Assembly (NCBI GenBank): GCA_013265495.1
Contig: MU058584.1
Location: 3,912,508 to 3,976,507 of the forward strand
Direction of reading: 5' to 3'
DNA: 64,000 bases
DNA from: Vicugna vicugna
Lineage: Eukaryota
The notes beneath the pieces are model-generated. The model saw nothing but the letters and a program-made list of their open reading frames with translations, did not search any database and was not told the DNA's origin. Numbering within the stretch: the stretch's first letter is position 1; every line of letters starts with the position of its first letter. The position numbers were made by a program, and so were the translations under genes. Of the stretch, positions 63,428-64,000 are shown one piece after another.

Positions 63428-63798
63428 AGAAGCTGGCAAACCTTTTCTGTAAAGGACCAGATGGTAAATATTTTAGACTTCATAGGGCAGGAGGCAAAAT
63501 CAAGGATATGATGTAGATACTTATGTAACAAGAAAGAAAACAAATTTCCATGTATTTTAATTGAAGAAATTTAAAATATAATTAAGCAAAAATTTTTAAT
63601 ACAGGTTTGCTTATGAGAAGAATAGAATTATTTTTGGAGGGGAGTAGCCTTTCACTTCATTGGGGTTCTAAGCTAAGTGTTCCTATCATCAAATCGATTG
63701 CAAATATTCTTCAGCAAAAACTATTCTTAGCTTGTGGACCATACAGAGACAGGCAGCAGGCCAGATTTTGCCCCCAGTGTGTAGTTTGCCAGCTCCCG
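63428..63798. mobile_element. MER58-like hAT-Charlie element
   Basis: GGCAAACCTTTTCTGTAAAGGACCAGATGGTAAATATTTTAG ... CAGGCCAGATTTTGCCC...GTAGTTTGCCAGCTCCC, with terminal inverted repeats. Confidence 0.8.
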
Positions 63799-64000
63799 TT
63801 ACTAACTGCTACTCTGCCACTTACTCTCACTAACGCGGCGATTCTCAACCCAGGGTGCAAATTAAACTGACCTGGGGAGCTTTGAATTAGAATTACTGCC
63901 AATCACTGTTCTAGAAGCTGGGCAGGCAATGACAAACACAAGACAAATCCCTGCTTTTACGGAATTAGCTGATGTTAAGTGCTAAGTAGAAAAATAAAGC

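Larger units (their letters stand above)
41466..64000 (+). other. POU2F1: POU2F1 intron 1 (5' part; continues beyond the window)
   Basis: GT donor at 41466. No sequence encoding the expected next residues (DSRMNNPSETSK...) was seen downstream. The human intron 1 is on the order of 100 kb. Confidence 0.85.

Noticed and set aside
43000..64000. Additional POU2F1 exons or other genes in the downstream 21 kb
   Set aside because: No ORF resembles Oct-1 downstream sequence or any protein I recognise. The short ORFs map to repeats or low-complexity DNA. Non-coding or minor exons cannot be excluded without RNA data.

Overview
This is mammalian genomic DNA, most likely camelid (alpaca, vicuna or camel), judged from six copies of a tRNA-Ala-derived SINE matching the camelid Vic-1 family. 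The only protein-coding sequence I can support is coding exon 1 of POU2F1 (Oct-1) on the + strand at 41405-41465 (MADGGAASQDESSAAAAAAA, then a phase-1 GT donor), inside a CpG-island promoter at about 40.4-42.9 kb. Bases 1-40k are repeat-rich upstream intergenic DNA (L1, L2, MIR, MaLR/ERVL LTRs, hAT and Tc/Mar MITEs, a decayed ERV-L pol/gag remnant). Bases 41.5-64k appear to be the start of POU2F1 intron 1. I found no prokaryotic-type system (CRISPR, operon, rRNA). The observations most worth checking are: an exact 17-nt POU-type motif duplicated in AT-rich islets of proximal intron 1, an in-frame strong-Kozak upstream ATG, a convergent CTCF motif pair, an ERV-L remnant with pol before gag, and a SINE insertion that may carry a 3' transduction. 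Repeat family names and boundaries come from recall of consensus sequences, not from a RepeatMasker run, so they are approximate.
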